A stretch of 64,000 nt of DNA, taken from NCBI GenBank assembly GCA_043821365.1, contig JBDRCX010000006.1, positions 1-64,000 of the forward strand. Reading direction: 5' to 3'. The position numbers and the translations under genes are program-made. The stretch is from Candidatus Micrarchaeota archaeon. Its GTDB lineage: Archaea; Micrarchaeota; Micrarchaeia; Anstonellales; Bilamarchaeaceae. Positions 26,749 through 36,569 of this stretch are shown in pieces. The first letter of the stretch is position 1; the number at the start of each line of letters is the position of its first letter. Below the pieces are notes generated by a model that made no database searches, was not told the DNA's origin, and worked only from the letters and a program-made list of their open reading frames with translations.

Positions 26749-27885
26749 TTAGAGTGTTTGGATGCCAAGTGTTCTGCTTATCAATTCATCAACAGATTTG
26801 AACCCCGCAGTTCCAGCCATACCACTAACTGGCTGTGCATTTTTGAACAGGATAAGTGTTGGGGTGCCCTGCACATTAAATTCTTCAGCTGATGCTTGGA
26901 GTAACAAAACATTATTTCCCCATATTCTTGCAATATCATTCATAATTGGTGCAAATGCCCTGCAAGCAAAACAAGAATCATTATACACCAGCAACAAAAC
27001 CGGCTGCTTACTTGAATGGATAAGACCCATTGCAGTTGCATAATCAACTTGTGTATATACATTCGACAGTTGGATACCACTTTCACTAAGAATGCGCACA
27101 GCAATTGACCTGAGATGAGCATCATCAGAATCCAACAATTGTTTTGCAGGTTGGAAATCACCTTGATCAGCTTTAAGTGCAACACCATAGAGTCGTATCA
27201 TCGGATTAGAATCAGCTAATAGAACTTCGGCAGTTGGACCTGCTTTTAATTTTATAAGTTGTCCTATTACTAGCACTCTCACATCCTGATTTTCTGAATT
27301 AGATAATTCGTTATATGCTGGAATGAAAAATTGAGAAGGAGTATTTCTTTTAAAATAAATGATTTGAAGAACATCATCAGTGGAATATAAACTAATTGCT
27401 TTTGCAAGTTCTTCAGGAGTTTTCTCCCCGTGTTCTGTTAAAGTAAACAATGCTATTCCACGAACAACTGCATTGGGATGCTTTTGAAGTGAATTGAAAA
27501 CAGCTAGTGCTTCTTTCTTTAGATCAGCAGAGTAAGTAAGATTGGTTAGGATTTCCAACACCATATCTCTTGTGTTTGGTGATGGATTTGGAGTTTGATT
27601 TAATAGATCTCCCAATAGAGAAACCACCTCGCCATGTTGATTGTCAGACAATAATTCTTTTGCTTTTGCAATAGAATGAATTAAGCCAACTGCATTCCCA
27701 TCATGAATCGATGCTCTCATTTCAGCTGTAACACTTTGAGGTAGAGATATTGTATGTGCACATGCAGCAAAACTAAGACTCAAGACACCAACTGAGATCA
27801 ATGGCAATACTCCAGTTAATCTAGTTTTTTGTTGTTCTGGTCTAGGAGTTGGTTTTTCTATTCTATGACACCGCATACACATCAC
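26749..27885 (-). CDS. Membrane-anchored HEAT-repeat protein with C-terminal thioredoxin domain
   Basis: N-terminal hydrophobic helix; about five D/H-x-N/D-x-x-VR type HEAT units; CFAC...FAP and GTPT thioredoxin motifs. Confidence 0.75.
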   Translation of the reverse strand: MMCMRCHRIEKPTPRPEQQKTRLTGVLPLISVGVLSLSFAACAHTISLPQSVTAEMRASIHDGNAVGLIHSIAKAKELLSDNQHGEVVSLLGDLLNQTPNPSPNTRDMVLEILTNLTYSADLKKEALAVFNSLQKHPNAVVRGIALFTLTEHGEKTPEELAKAISLYSTDDVLQIIYFKRNTPSQFFIPAYNELSNSENQDVRVLVIGQLIKLKAGPTAEVLLADSNPMIRLYGVALKADQGDFQPAKQLLDSDDAHLRSIAVRILSESGIQLSNVYTQVDYATAMGLIHSSKQPVLLLVYNDSCFACRAFAPIMNDIARIWGNNVLLLQASAEEFNVQGTPTLILFKNAQPVSGMAGTAGFKSVDELISRTLGIQTL

Positions 27886-27960
27886 TTTACTATGTGTTTA
27901 ATAGTGGTAAGTAGAGTATTTAAATGTTTGTAAAGTGTAACGTTGATTGGTATGAATATT

Positions 27961-28090
27961 TGCCGAGGGGGGAATTCGAATCCCCGGCCTCTCGATGTCT
28001 GAGTACACTAGATATCATAGGGTTTCCCCTCATAACTCATCTGATTTGCACATATGAGTCGAGCACTCTAGCCAACTGAGCTACCTCGGC
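27961..28090 (-). tRNA. tRNA-Met(CAT), probably elongator, with 56-nt canonical intron (27997-28052)
   Basis: GCCGAGG/CCTCGGC acceptor, CTCGA-CT-CAT-A|A-TCGAG anticodon arm, TTCGAAT T-loop. Ile2 identity is not excluded. Confidence 0.9.
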
Positions 28091-28222
28091 GAACAATGTG
28101 AACTGAGGTTTTGCAAACGAAGTGTCGTTTGGTTATACCTCAGCATGGACAATAACATATCCATAAAAAGTAGAGTTATTTAATTTGATTAGCTTTTTAT
28201 TATATACGAATTTTGTGATTTG

Positions 28223-31200
28223 ATGGCAGAATACCTTACTATATTGCGGGAAGAACTCCAACGTGCTTACGCAGCAGCTAGCGAAGCCCGCAAACAGGAT
28301 TATGATCCTGTAGATGAAATAGAAGTGAAGATAGCAGAAGATGTTGCAGCAAGAGTAGAAGGAATTGTTGGACCACCTGGCATTGCAAAACTAATCAGAT
28401 CACTTGAAACAAACGGAATGCCAAGAGAGGACATTGCATTCGAAGTTGCCAGAAAGATTGCAGCAGGGGAAGTGATAACAGGCAACAAGGAAACATTAAT
28501 TGAACAGGCAGTGAGAACCGGACTTGGAATTCTAACTGAAGGTGTTCTTGTTGCACCAACAGAGGGAATATCAAAAGTAAAAATAAACACAAATCCAGAT
28601 GGAAGTGACTATGTTGCAGTGTATTATGCTGGCCCAATACGAAGTGCTGGTGGAACTGCAGCTGCATTGAGTCTTGTCTTAGCAGACATTGCAAGAAAAA
28701 CATGTGGAATCGGTGATTATAGAGCTACAGATTCTCAAATTATGAGGTATATCGAAGAAGTAATAACTTACGAAACAAGATGTGTTCATCTTCAATATTT
28801 ACCTCCAGAAGATGACATAAAAGTCATTGTTAGTAATTGCCCAGTATGTATAAGTGGTGACCCTACAGAAGAGATAGAAGTATCTGCCTATAGAGGGGTA
28901 CCTGGGATAGAAACAGATAGAGTGAGAGGAGGAGTACCACTTGTAATGTGTGAAGGAGTTGCTGCAAAAGCAGCAAAATTGTTCAAATACACTAAAAAAT
29001 ACAAGCTTGGTTGGGACTGGCTTGAAAAAATTATAAAAATAAAGAGAAAGCAAGATAAAATAGAGATAAAACCAGACTGGAGTTATATGGAAGGGCTTGT
29101 TGCAGGAAGACCAGTATTTAGTCATCCATCAGCAAAAGGAGGCTTTAGACTTAGATATGGTAGAAGTAAATCAAATAGCCTTATGGGAAAGAATGTCCAC
29201 CCGGCAACCATGATTATTCTGAATAATTTTTTGGCATATGGAACCCACATGAAAATTGAAAGACCTGGAAAGGGATGTGTTGTAACTGCACATGAAGGAC
29301 TGGAGCCACCAGTAGTAAAGTTGAAGAATGGAAGAGTGATGAAAGTTCATACTATAGAAGAAGCATATGCACATAGTAACGATGTGGATGAGATACTCTT
29401 TCTTGGAGATATGCTTTGCACTTATGGTGACTTCCTAAAATCAAACCACCCTCTTCTTCCTTCAGGATATTGCGAAGAGTGGTGGCAAAGAGAGATTGAA
29501 GAAAAAGGAATACAAATACCGACAGAATTAGATGCACAAACTTCATTTGAATTTTCCAAGATCCACAGTGTTCCACTCCACCCAAAATACACATTTCCAT
29601 GGCACGATATAAGTCCAGAACAAATAAGCATCCTAGCGAAATGGCTGGAAAATGCAACCATAGAGGTTGATGGAAAAAATATAAAATCCATGACTATCCC
29701 TAAAGAAGATGGAAAAAGAATTTTAGAAGAACTTCTTGTAGAACATAGATTGCACGACGATAAAATTGTGGTGGGAGGACAGGATAGCCATGCAATATTA
29801 CTATCTCTTGGTGCACTAACAAAAGAATTGAAAATAGATTTGAGCGAATTTCATAAAAAATTTGATAGTACAAAATCTTCTTTAGATTTGATAAATGAAT
29901 TGTCTGGAGTAACAATCAAAGCAAAGGCACCAACATACATTGGTGCTAGGATGGGAAGGCCAGAAAAAGCAAAGGAAAGAAAAATGGATGGGAGTCCGCA
30001 TGTTCTTTTTCCGACTGGTTCTTTCAAAAACAGAAGCTTAAGCAAACAATATCGCTTGCTAAAAAGTAGAGAAGGAGAAAAAACAATAAATATTGAAATT
30101 GCACGCTATCGTTGTCAAAAATGCAATAGACTGGGATTTTACAAAAAATGTGATGTGTGCGGAAATACAACAAAAAAAGAAAAAATCTGTCAACAATGCG
30201 GAAGGGTAGTTGAAACAGACATTCATTGTGAAAGAGAAACAGTCTCATATGATCGCAGACCAGTAGATTTGATTGAATTATTTGAGAATGTCAAAAATAA
30301 CATTGGAAACACCGATGACATCAAAGGAGTAAAAGGACTTTCAAATGCATTGAGAATCCCGGAAAGATTGGAAAAGGGGATTTTACGTGCAAAACATAAT
30401 GTTTATGTTTTCAGAGATGGAACATCAAGATTTGATGCTACTGATGTGCCGCTCACCCATTTCACGCCAAAAGAAATTGGATTGACAATTGAAAAGGCAA
30501 TTTCATTAGGCTATACGAAAGATTATCTTGGCAATAAATTAGAAAAGGACGGCCAGCTCGTAACACTCTTTCACCAGGATATTATTTTGGCAGACCCAGG
30601 TGCAGAATATTTTTCCAGAGTAACAAGATTTATCGATGATATGCTGGTAAATATGTATGGTCAGAGGTCATTTTACAATATAAAAACAAAAGAAGACCTG
30701 ATTGGGCATATGGCAGTTGGCCTATCACCCCACACTAGTGCGGGGGTTCTTTGTAGAATTATTGGTTTTACAAAAGCCAATGTTGGATATGGGCATCCCT
30801 ATTTCCATACAGCAAAAAGAAGAAACTGTGATGGAGATGAGGACAGCATCATGCTTTTGATGGATGCATTTTTGAATTTCTCAAAAAAATATTTAACTGA
30901 GAATAGAGGTGGGACAATGGATGCCCCTCTTGTTCTTTCCATAGAAATAAACCCCAAAGAAGTTGATGATGAAGCATATTGTATTGAATTTGTGTCACAC
31001 TATTCTCTTGATTTTTATCAAGCAGCTGAAAAAAACGCATTGCCAGGAGAAGTGAAAATAAAAACAGTAAAGGATGTTCTCGGACGCCCAGAACAATATG
31101 AATTACCCATAACTCACCCCGGTGGCACATTGGATGTTGGAAACATAAGAACTGCATATGTGGAATTAGAATCAATACCAGAAAAAATTGATATTCAGTT

Positions 31201-31570
31201 TAAACTTCAAGAAAAATTAAGGTCTGTAGATAGCAAAGATGCTGCCGAAAGATTAATACTTAGCCATTTCATACCAGATCTTTATGGGAATCTAAGATCA
31301 TATTCTAGACAAACTTTCAGATGTGTATCCTGCAACACCATATTTAGAAGAGTTCCACTTGCAGGGAAGTGTAACAGATGTGGGGGGAAACTACTCCTAA
31401 CAATAAATAAAGGCGGAATTGAAAAATACCTCCAGATATCCAGAGATATTGTTGAGAAATACGAACTGCCAGCATATTTGAAACAGAGACTGGAGTTAGT
31501 AGAAAGAGAAATACGCAGTATTTTCGAAGACGACAAGATAAAGCAGATGGGACTTTCAGACTTCCTATAG
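28223..31570 (+). CDS. polC: DNA polymerase D large subunit DP2
   Basis: EGVLVAP, YYAGPIRSAGGT, GGFRLRYGR, IGARMGRPEK, FRDGTSRFD, AKRRNCDGDED, C-terminal CxxC...CxxC. Confidence 0.98.
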   Translation: MAEYLTILREELQRAYAAASEARKQDYDPVDEIEVKIAEDVAARVEGIVGPPGIAKLIRSLETNGMPREDIAFEVARKIAAGEVITGNKETLIEQAVRTGLGILTEGVLVAPTEGISKVKINTNPDGSDYVAVYYAGPIRSAGGTAAALSLVLADIARKTCGIGDYRATDSQIMRYIEEVITYETRCVHLQYLPPEDDIKVIVSNCPVCISGDPTEEIEVSAYRGVPGIETDRVRGGVPLVMCEGVAAKAAKLFKYTKKYKLGWDWLEKIIKIKRKQDKIEIKPDWSYMEGLVAGRPVFSHPSAKGGFRLRYGRSKSNSLMGKNVHPATMIILNNFLAYGTHMKIERPGKGCVVTAHEGLEPPVVKLKNGRVMKVHTIEEAYAHSNDVDEILFLGDMLCTYGDFLKSNHPLLPSGYCEEWWQREIEEKGIQIPTELDAQTSFEFSKIHSVPLHPKYTFPWHDISPEQISILAKWLENATIEVDGKNIKSMTIPKEDGKRILEELLVEHRLHDDKIVVGGQDSHAILLSLGALTKELKIDLSEFHKKFDSTKSSLDLINELSGVTIKAKAPTYIGARMGRPEKAKERKMDGSPHVLFPTGSFKNRSLSKQYRLLKSREGEKTINIEIARYRCQKCNRLGFYKKCDVCGNTTKKEKICQQCGRVVETDIHCERETVSYDRRPVDLIELFENVKNNIGNTDDIKGVKGLSNALRIPERLEKGILRAKHNVYVFRDGTSRFDATDVPLTHFTPKEIGLTIEKAISLGYTKDYLGNKLEKDGQLVTLFHQDIILADPGAEYFSRVTRFIDDMLVNMYGQRSFYNIKTKEDLIGHMAVGLSPHTSAGVLCRIIGFTKANVGYGHPYFHTAKRRNCDGDEDSIMLLMDAFLNFSKKYLTENRGGTMDAPLVLSIEINPKEVDDEAYCIEFVSHYSLDFYQAAEKNALPGEVKIKTVKDVLGRPEQYELPITHPGGTLDVGNIRTAYVELESIPEKIDIQFKLQEKLRSVDSKDAAERLILSHFIPDLYGNLRSYSRQTFRCVSCNTIFRRVPLAGKCNRCGGKLLLTINKGGIEKYLQISRDIVEKYELPAYLKQRLELVEREIRSIFEDDKIKQMGLSDFL

Positions 31571-31609
31571 TCATTTAAGCATTCTGTCAGAATTATCTGC
31601 GGTGATCAC

Positions 31610-32053
31610 TTGGATTTTGGCAAATCAATGAAAGCTGCCACAATACCAGCAGTACTTTTAATAGCTCTTGGAATTGTTGGTGTTGGAATAGGATTCATAC
31701 CTTTTTTAGGATGCATTACAGGGATACCAATGCTCCTTGCAGGTTGGGCTATTCTAGGATGGGCAGGATTTAAAGCAGTAAAAGAAGAGAATTTAGACAT
31801 TGTTGGTGGTGCACTTGCAGGTCTTATTGCAGGTTTAGCTAGCTCATTAGTAGTGGGTGTGATAAACTTTGTACTTGGCATGCTTGGAATTGCAGCAGTA
31901 GCAGCAATGGGCAGTAGTGACATAACCGGTGCAGCATTAGGTGGTGGCCTGGCAATAGTTGGTCTTGTTATTGGAATTGTAGTAGGTGCAGTAATAGGAC
32001 TTGTGTTTGGTGCTATCGGAGCTTTAGTTGCACAACAAATGGCAAAAAAATAA
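31610..32053 (+). CDS. Gly-rich membrane protein
   Basis: TTG start behind GGTGA; four hydrophobic Gly-rich helices. Confidence 0.7.
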   Translation: MDFGKSMKAATIPAVLLIALGIVGVGIGFIPFLGCITGIPMLLAGWAILGWAGFKAVKEENLDIVGGALAGLIAGLASSLVVGVINFVLGMLGIAAVAAMGSSDITGAALGGGLAIVGLVIGIVVGAVIGLVFGAIGALVAQQMAKK

Positions 32054-32244
32054 ATCTTATTTTTTTCTTATTTTTTCTTTACTTGCATATGTTGAATCCT
32101 TATCCTAGGTAATAGCATCTCTAAGCCCCAAAATTAAGATATAAAACCACAAAACAAAGTCTTCGATGATTTATATTAGCTTAAAATATCATTGAAATTT
32201 TACCATTCTAGGCTGTTGAAAAGAAAAATAAAATAAAGAAAAAA

Positions 32245-32679
32245 TTATTTGTTTGCCTGTTTTTCTGCGAAATCACCGATAATTGGTAATTTGTATTTCT
32301 CACCAAGGTACGCCTTGTATGCAACAAATAATATTGCACATAATGCTACCAAACCAACTGGTAAGAATAAACAGCTCAACAATCCTCCAATGCCCATAGT
32401 TACAATGCTTATTACAGTAACTAAAATTCCACCAACAGAGAAGATCGCAAACCATGCAATACAAAATATCAATGATTGCCAAGCATGAAATGCTAGGAAC
32501 TTATTTTGTTTCTTCTCAGTGAATAGGATGAACAAAGGAACAATAATACCAATTATATAACAAAGTGCTCCGAAAATGTTATCATCACTACTTGAAGCTG
32601 GTTTTGGGGCTTCTTTTGGTTTTTCCACTGGAGTATCAATTTTTTCATCTACTTTCTCATCTACTTTTTTGCCTCCCAT
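32245..32679 (-). CDS. DUF4870-like small membrane protein
   Basis: GALCY, FHAWQSL, AYKAYLGEKYKLPIIG. Confidence 0.75.
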   Translation of the reverse strand: MGGKKVDEKVDEKIDTPVEKPKEAPKPASSSDDNIFGALCYIIGIIVPLFILFTEKKQNKFLAFHAWQSLIFCIAWFAIFSVGGILVTVISIVTMGIGGLLSCLFLPVGLVALCAILFVAYKAYLGEKYKLPIIGDFAEKQANK

Positions 32680-32770
32680 TATATACCTCCGGTTCTCGAC
32701 TAATGTCGAATTGTATGAAATACACTCACATACTATCTTTATAAATATTTTTCGTGACGTGAACCTTCTG

Positions 32771-34222
32771 ATGCATATCTTAAATTCGCTAACTAAGAGT
32801 ACAGAAGAACTAATTTCCTCTGAAAAGACGATTTCAATGTATGTTTGCGGCCTGACCCCTTACGACAGTACACACATTGGCCATGCAAGAACATATGTAT
32901 CATTTGACGTCATAAAACGCTATTTGACAAAAAAAGGATACGATGTATCGCACATACAGAATATCACAGATGTCGATGATAAAATAATAAAAAGATGCAA
33001 GGAAACCGGTGCTGACCCAAAAACATTAACAGAACAAAACCATAATGAAGCCCTGGAACTGTTTGCCCAGCTAAACATACTTCCTGCAGATATATACCCA
33101 AAAGTAACAGATCATATTCCGCAAATAATTGAACTTATAAAATTGATAATAGAAAATGGTTCAGCATATGAAACAAATACTGGTATTTACTTTGATGTTT
33201 CTTCATTCAAAAACTATGGTATTTTATCAGGACAGAACATGGATGAGATAAAATCAGGGTCAAGATTTGATGTTGATGAAACAAAGAACGATCCTGCAGA
33301 TTTTGCTCTTTGGAAGAAAACTAACAGTGAGATAATAGAATTTGACAGTCCATGGGGAAAAGGAAGACCAGGATGGCATATTGAATGTTCAGCAATGATA
33401 AGAAGCCATGTAAAAGGAACTTTAGACATACATGGTGGCGCAAGGGATTTAATTTTCCCACACCACGAAAATGAGATTGCCCAGAGCGAAGCTGGAACCA
33501 AACAAAAGTTCTGCAACTGTTGGATGCATACTGGTTTTCTAACTGTTAATGGAGAGAAAATGAGCAAATCACTAGGTAATTTCATAACCCTGAAACATGC
33601 TCTTTCAAAATCAAGTCCAAACGCACTAAGACTATTTTATTTGCAAGCACATTACCGCAGTCCTCTTGACTATGATGAAGAGAAATTAGAGGCAATGGAA
33701 GAGAGTGTAGAGCGGATATTCAACACCATTGGATTGCTAACTGAAACTCTTGCTCAGCCAAACACTGGATCTTACCTTGATGAGGAATTTAGAGAGAGAA
33801 CCAATAAGTTAGTAACTGCATTTTACAAAAATATGGAAAATGATTTCAACACACCAGAAGCACTGTCTTCGATGTATACAATTATCAGAATGGTAAACAG
33901 TCATTTGGCAGCTGGAAAATTAGATCATGAACAGCTAGAGATAATCAGAAAATCATTGGACGATATATTATGGATATTTGGACTTAAAGAAGAAAAACAA
34001 CCCTTTGAGAATACAGATGATGTAATTGCACTGGCTAGTGAATTTGGTTTAGAAACGAATACAGCAGAAGAAGCAATTGAATTTTTAATAAAATTAAGAA
34101 ATGATGCCAGAACAGCAAAAGATTACAAAAAATCAGATGAAATAAGAAACAAACTCAAAAAAATTGGAATACTTCTAGAGGATAAATCTGGCCAGACTGG
34201 AGCAAGATGGAAATTAGCCTAA
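32771..34222 (+). CDS. cysS: Cysteinyl-tRNA synthetase
   Basis: MYVCGLTPYD, HIGH, NITDVDDKII, PADFALWK, GRPGWHIECS, HGG..DL.FPHHENE, KMSKS. The ORF-track N-terminal extension is antisense to the previous gene. Confidence 0.97.
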   Translation: MHILNSLTKSTEELISSEKTISMYVCGLTPYDSTHIGHARTYVSFDVIKRYLTKKGYDVSHIQNITDVDDKIIKRCKETGADPKTLTEQNHNEALELFAQLNILPADIYPKVTDHIPQIIELIKLIIENGSAYETNTGIYFDVSSFKNYGILSGQNMDEIKSGSRFDVDETKNDPADFALWKKTNSEIIEFDSPWGKGRPGWHIECSAMIRSHVKGTLDIHGGARDLIFPHHENEIAQSEAGTKQKFCNCWMHTGFLTVNGEKMSKSLGNFITLKHALSKSSPNALRLFYLQAHYRSPLDYDEEKLEAMEESVERIFNTIGLLTETLAQPNTGSYLDEEFRERTNKLVTAFYKNMENDFNTPEALSSMYTIIRMVNSHLAAGKLDHEQLEIIRKSLDDILWIFGLKEEKQPFENTDDVIALASEFGLETNTAEEAIEFLIKLRNDARTAKDYKKSDEIRNKLKKIGILLEDKSGQTGARWKLA

Positions 34223-34923
34223 TTTTTAGTATATCCTTTCATCACATCTATTCCTTTGCCAAATAACGCACAAATATCGCTCCATATCCAAAGTGCAACT
34301 GTTCTAAAAAAACCATCCTCCTTGAATCTTCTATCTGAAAGAGTTGCTACTAGTTTGAAATCATAGACAACTTTTCGATTTGGAGGAGCGCGATGCATAA
34401 AATCAGTATCCTCCATTATCACTGATCTGTACCCCCCAACTTTGAAGAAAAGTTCCTTCCGCATAGCACAATTGTTTGCAGCTATCCAGTATTTTCCAGT
34501 AATGAGATGAATAATTCTAACAAGCCAGAAAACTTTCAGGGAATATAGATTATAGATAAACTTCCAAATTTTTGAATCTGATTCATACAAATCAAAACCA
34601 CAAACAGCAGGAACATCTTTATTAGAAAAATGTTTTTTCAAACGTTGTACAAAATCAGGTGAAAGAACACAATCACAATCAAAAAAAACAAAAACATCGT
34701 TCTTTGCTTCTTTTGCCCCTTCAGTTCTTGCTAACCCAACCCCTTGTTTTGGCCTGAGAACTACTTTTGCCCCATATTTTTTTGCTACTGACGCAGTATT
34801 ATCCTTGCTATGAGAATCAACAATAATGATCTCATCCTTTTTATCTATCTGTTTAACAAGATTTTTCAGCAACCTCTCGACATTTTTTTCTTCATTTAAT
34901 GTAGGTATGATAAAACTCAACAT
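34219..34923 (-). CDS. Glycosyltransferase family 2
   Basis: IIPTLNEE, VDSHSKD.T, FFDCD, EDTDF. Confidence 0.9.
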   Translation of the reverse strand: MLSFIIPTLNEEKNVERLLKNLVKQIDKKDEIIIVDSHSKDNTASVAKKYGAKVVLRPKQGVGLARTEGAKEAKNDVFVFFDCDCVLSPDFVQRLKKHFSNKDVPAVCGFDLYESDSKIWKFIYNLYSLKVFWLVRIIHLITGKYWIAANNCAMRKELFFKVGGYRSVIMEDTDFMHRAPPNRKVVYDFKLVATLSDRRFKEDGFFRTVALWIWSDICALFGKGIDVMKGYTKN

Positions 34924-35000
34924 AAAAGTCCTCTTTTCGAAAATTACACAGAAAACTATAATAAGTATTAAGCTATTTGAAACCGCACCATATTTTCAAT

Positions 35001-35288
35001 CTAATTTCTAAATTGTCCAAGTTGATCAGACAAAACCTGACACTGCCCTTTGAGTTTGTTTAGTTCTTCGATACTGAATGTAGAACGTTGTGCTTCACGA
35101 ATAGTAACTATTTTAGATTCCCAGACTTTAAGACTGAAATTCCTTTTTGTTTGATTGATTCTTCGTGCTTGTTGCAAGAGAATTGAGCAATCAAAATCAA
35201 TTTTTTTGCGCAAATTATCTATTATTATCTCTATTGGTACGGCATCTTGAACATCAGGAACCGAATACCGGTCCGATTTCACAGCCAT
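35001..35288 (-). CDS. Hypothetical protein
   Basis: About 95-aa ORF in an otherwise empty gap. Confidence 0.5.
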   Translation of the reverse strand: MAVKSDRYSVPDVQDAVPIEIIIDNLRKKIDFDCSILLQQARRINQTKRNFSLKVWESKIVTIREAQRSTFSIEELNKLKGQCQVLSDQLGQFRN

Positions 35289-35443
35289 GTATAAATCTTT
35301 ACAAAGCATGCTTATATAGTTTATGTTAGTCAGTAAAATTCAGAACTTTTTAAAAAAAATGTTATAGTAAGTTTATTTTGTGTTTGAAAATTACCGAGGG
35401 GAAAACAATCATTTATAAGGACTTATTACGTAATGAAAAAGGG

Positions 35444-35626
35444 ATGACCATGACCGATGAAAAAATCTCTTTTCCAACAGTTTCTGTTAACGTTGATGTA
35501 CCACAAAATGCTCTTTCTGAAGCTCAAAAAATAAAAAAAGGGATATGTCCGTCGTGTGAAGGAAGTTTGGTTTTCCAAGAAGGATGTAAGGTTTGCTATT
35601 CTTGTGGCTGGGGAGGCTGCGAATGA
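35444..35626 (+). CDS. Small stand-alone zinc-ribbon protein
   Basis: CPSCEGSLVFQEGCKVCYSCGWGGC resembles the C-terminal Zn ribbon of class II ribonucleotide reductases. Confidence 0.7.
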   Translation: MTMTDEKISFPTVSVNVDVPQNALSEAQKIKKGICPSCEGSLVFQEGCKVCYSCGWGGCE

Positions 35627-35646
35627 AAAGAACTCTGGTTCTTTTC
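35625..35646 (+). terminator. Possible terminator hairpin
   Basis: GAAAAGAAC-TCTG-GTTCTTTTC directly after the zinc-ribbon stop codon. Confidence 0.35.
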
Positions 35647-35713
35647 GAATTGCCTAATTTTTAAAAGTAATGCCATCCTAATTTATCCTGCTTGATTGTG
35701 GTTATTAGTAAAT

Positions 35714-35840
35714 GGGCTCGTAGCTCAGTCCGCCTTTTAGAAAAAGGCGGCCCAAAACTGGGTCGCTATATAGGTGGGAGAAACAGCAGAGCACTCGCCT
35801 TGCACGCGAGGGGCCGAGGGTGCGAGTCCCTCCGAGTCCA
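35714..35840 (+). tRNA. tRNA-Ala(TGC) with about 55-nt D-loop intron (35729-35783)
   Basis: GGGCTCG/CGAGTCC acceptor with G3:U70, CTCGC-CT-TGC-AC-GCGAG anticodon arm, T-loop TGCGAGT. Confidence 0.88.
35730..35750 (+). repeat. REP-like palindrome copy 4
   Basis: CCGCCTTTT-AGA-AAAAGGCGG followed by CCCAAAACTG. Confidence 0.85.
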
Positions 35841-35884
35841 TTTTATAGTTATCCATCTAATTTTAGATTGCGGTTAAGAGATAC

Positions 35885-36409
35885 ATGGACAAAAAAATAG
35901 AGGGAATTATTCAGATAATAATTGCAATTGGAGTAGTTGCACTTATTCTTTATTTTGCCAGTGACATTGAAAAATTACGAGAGTATGGGTATTTGGGGGT
36001 ATTTTTAATATCACTAATAGCATCAGCAACACTCTTCTTCCCAGCACCAGGTTGGGCTGCTGTTATAGCCATGAGTGGTTTTCTGAACCCAGTCTATCTT
36101 GGGTTGGCTGCAGGGATTGGAAGTGCATTAGGTGAATTAACTGGGTATGTAGCTGGAAAAGGAGCAAGAGATCTTTTAAGTAAAAACATCAAGGAGAGTA
36201 AAAAAATAGAGAGACTAGTTGAAAAATATGATATGCTTGCAATTTTCTTTTTTGCATTTATACCAAACCCACTATTTGATATTGCGGGTATAATATCAGG
36301 TGGACTCAAAATTCCCTGGTGGAAGTATCTAATTGCATGTAGTTTGGGGAGAATACTGAGATATTCACTATTGGCGTATTTTGGCAAATTAACTCTTGAT
36401 TTAGTCTAA
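35885..36409 (+). CDS. VTT/DedA (SNARE-associated) membrane protein
   Basis: GIGSALGELTGY..G, FIPNPLFDIAGI..G, GRILRY. Confidence 0.88.
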   Translation: MDKKIEGIIQIIIAIGVVALILYFASDIEKLREYGYLGVFLISLIASATLFFPAPGWAAVIAMSGFLNPVYLGLAAGIGSALGELTGYVAGKGARDLLSKNIKESKKIERLVEKYDMLAIFFFAFIPNPLFDIAGIISGGLKIPWWKYLIACSLGRILRYSLLAYFGKLTLDLV

Positions 36410-36480
36410 TTACAGATTAGTTCTTTTTCGCATTCATCGTTTAGAATCAAGATTATTTCCAAATCAAGTTCATCTGCCAT
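36406..36480 (-). CDS. Candidate 24-aa acidic small protein (not in ORF track)
   Basis: MADELDLEIILILNDECEKELICN, preceded by AGGTG RBS and a TTTAAATA TATA box. Confidence 0.35.
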   Translation of the reverse strand: MADELDLEIILILNDECEKELICN

Positions 36481-36569
36481 AATCAACACCTGTGTTATAA
36501 TATATGGTAAAAAGAGTATTTAAAGGTATGTTTCAAAATGATTATAATATTCAGAAATATGATTAGGTT

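Noticed and set aside
28223-31570. Intein in DP2
   Set aside because: The length is ordinary and the conserved motifs run continuously, with no intein splice or LAGLIDADG blocks.
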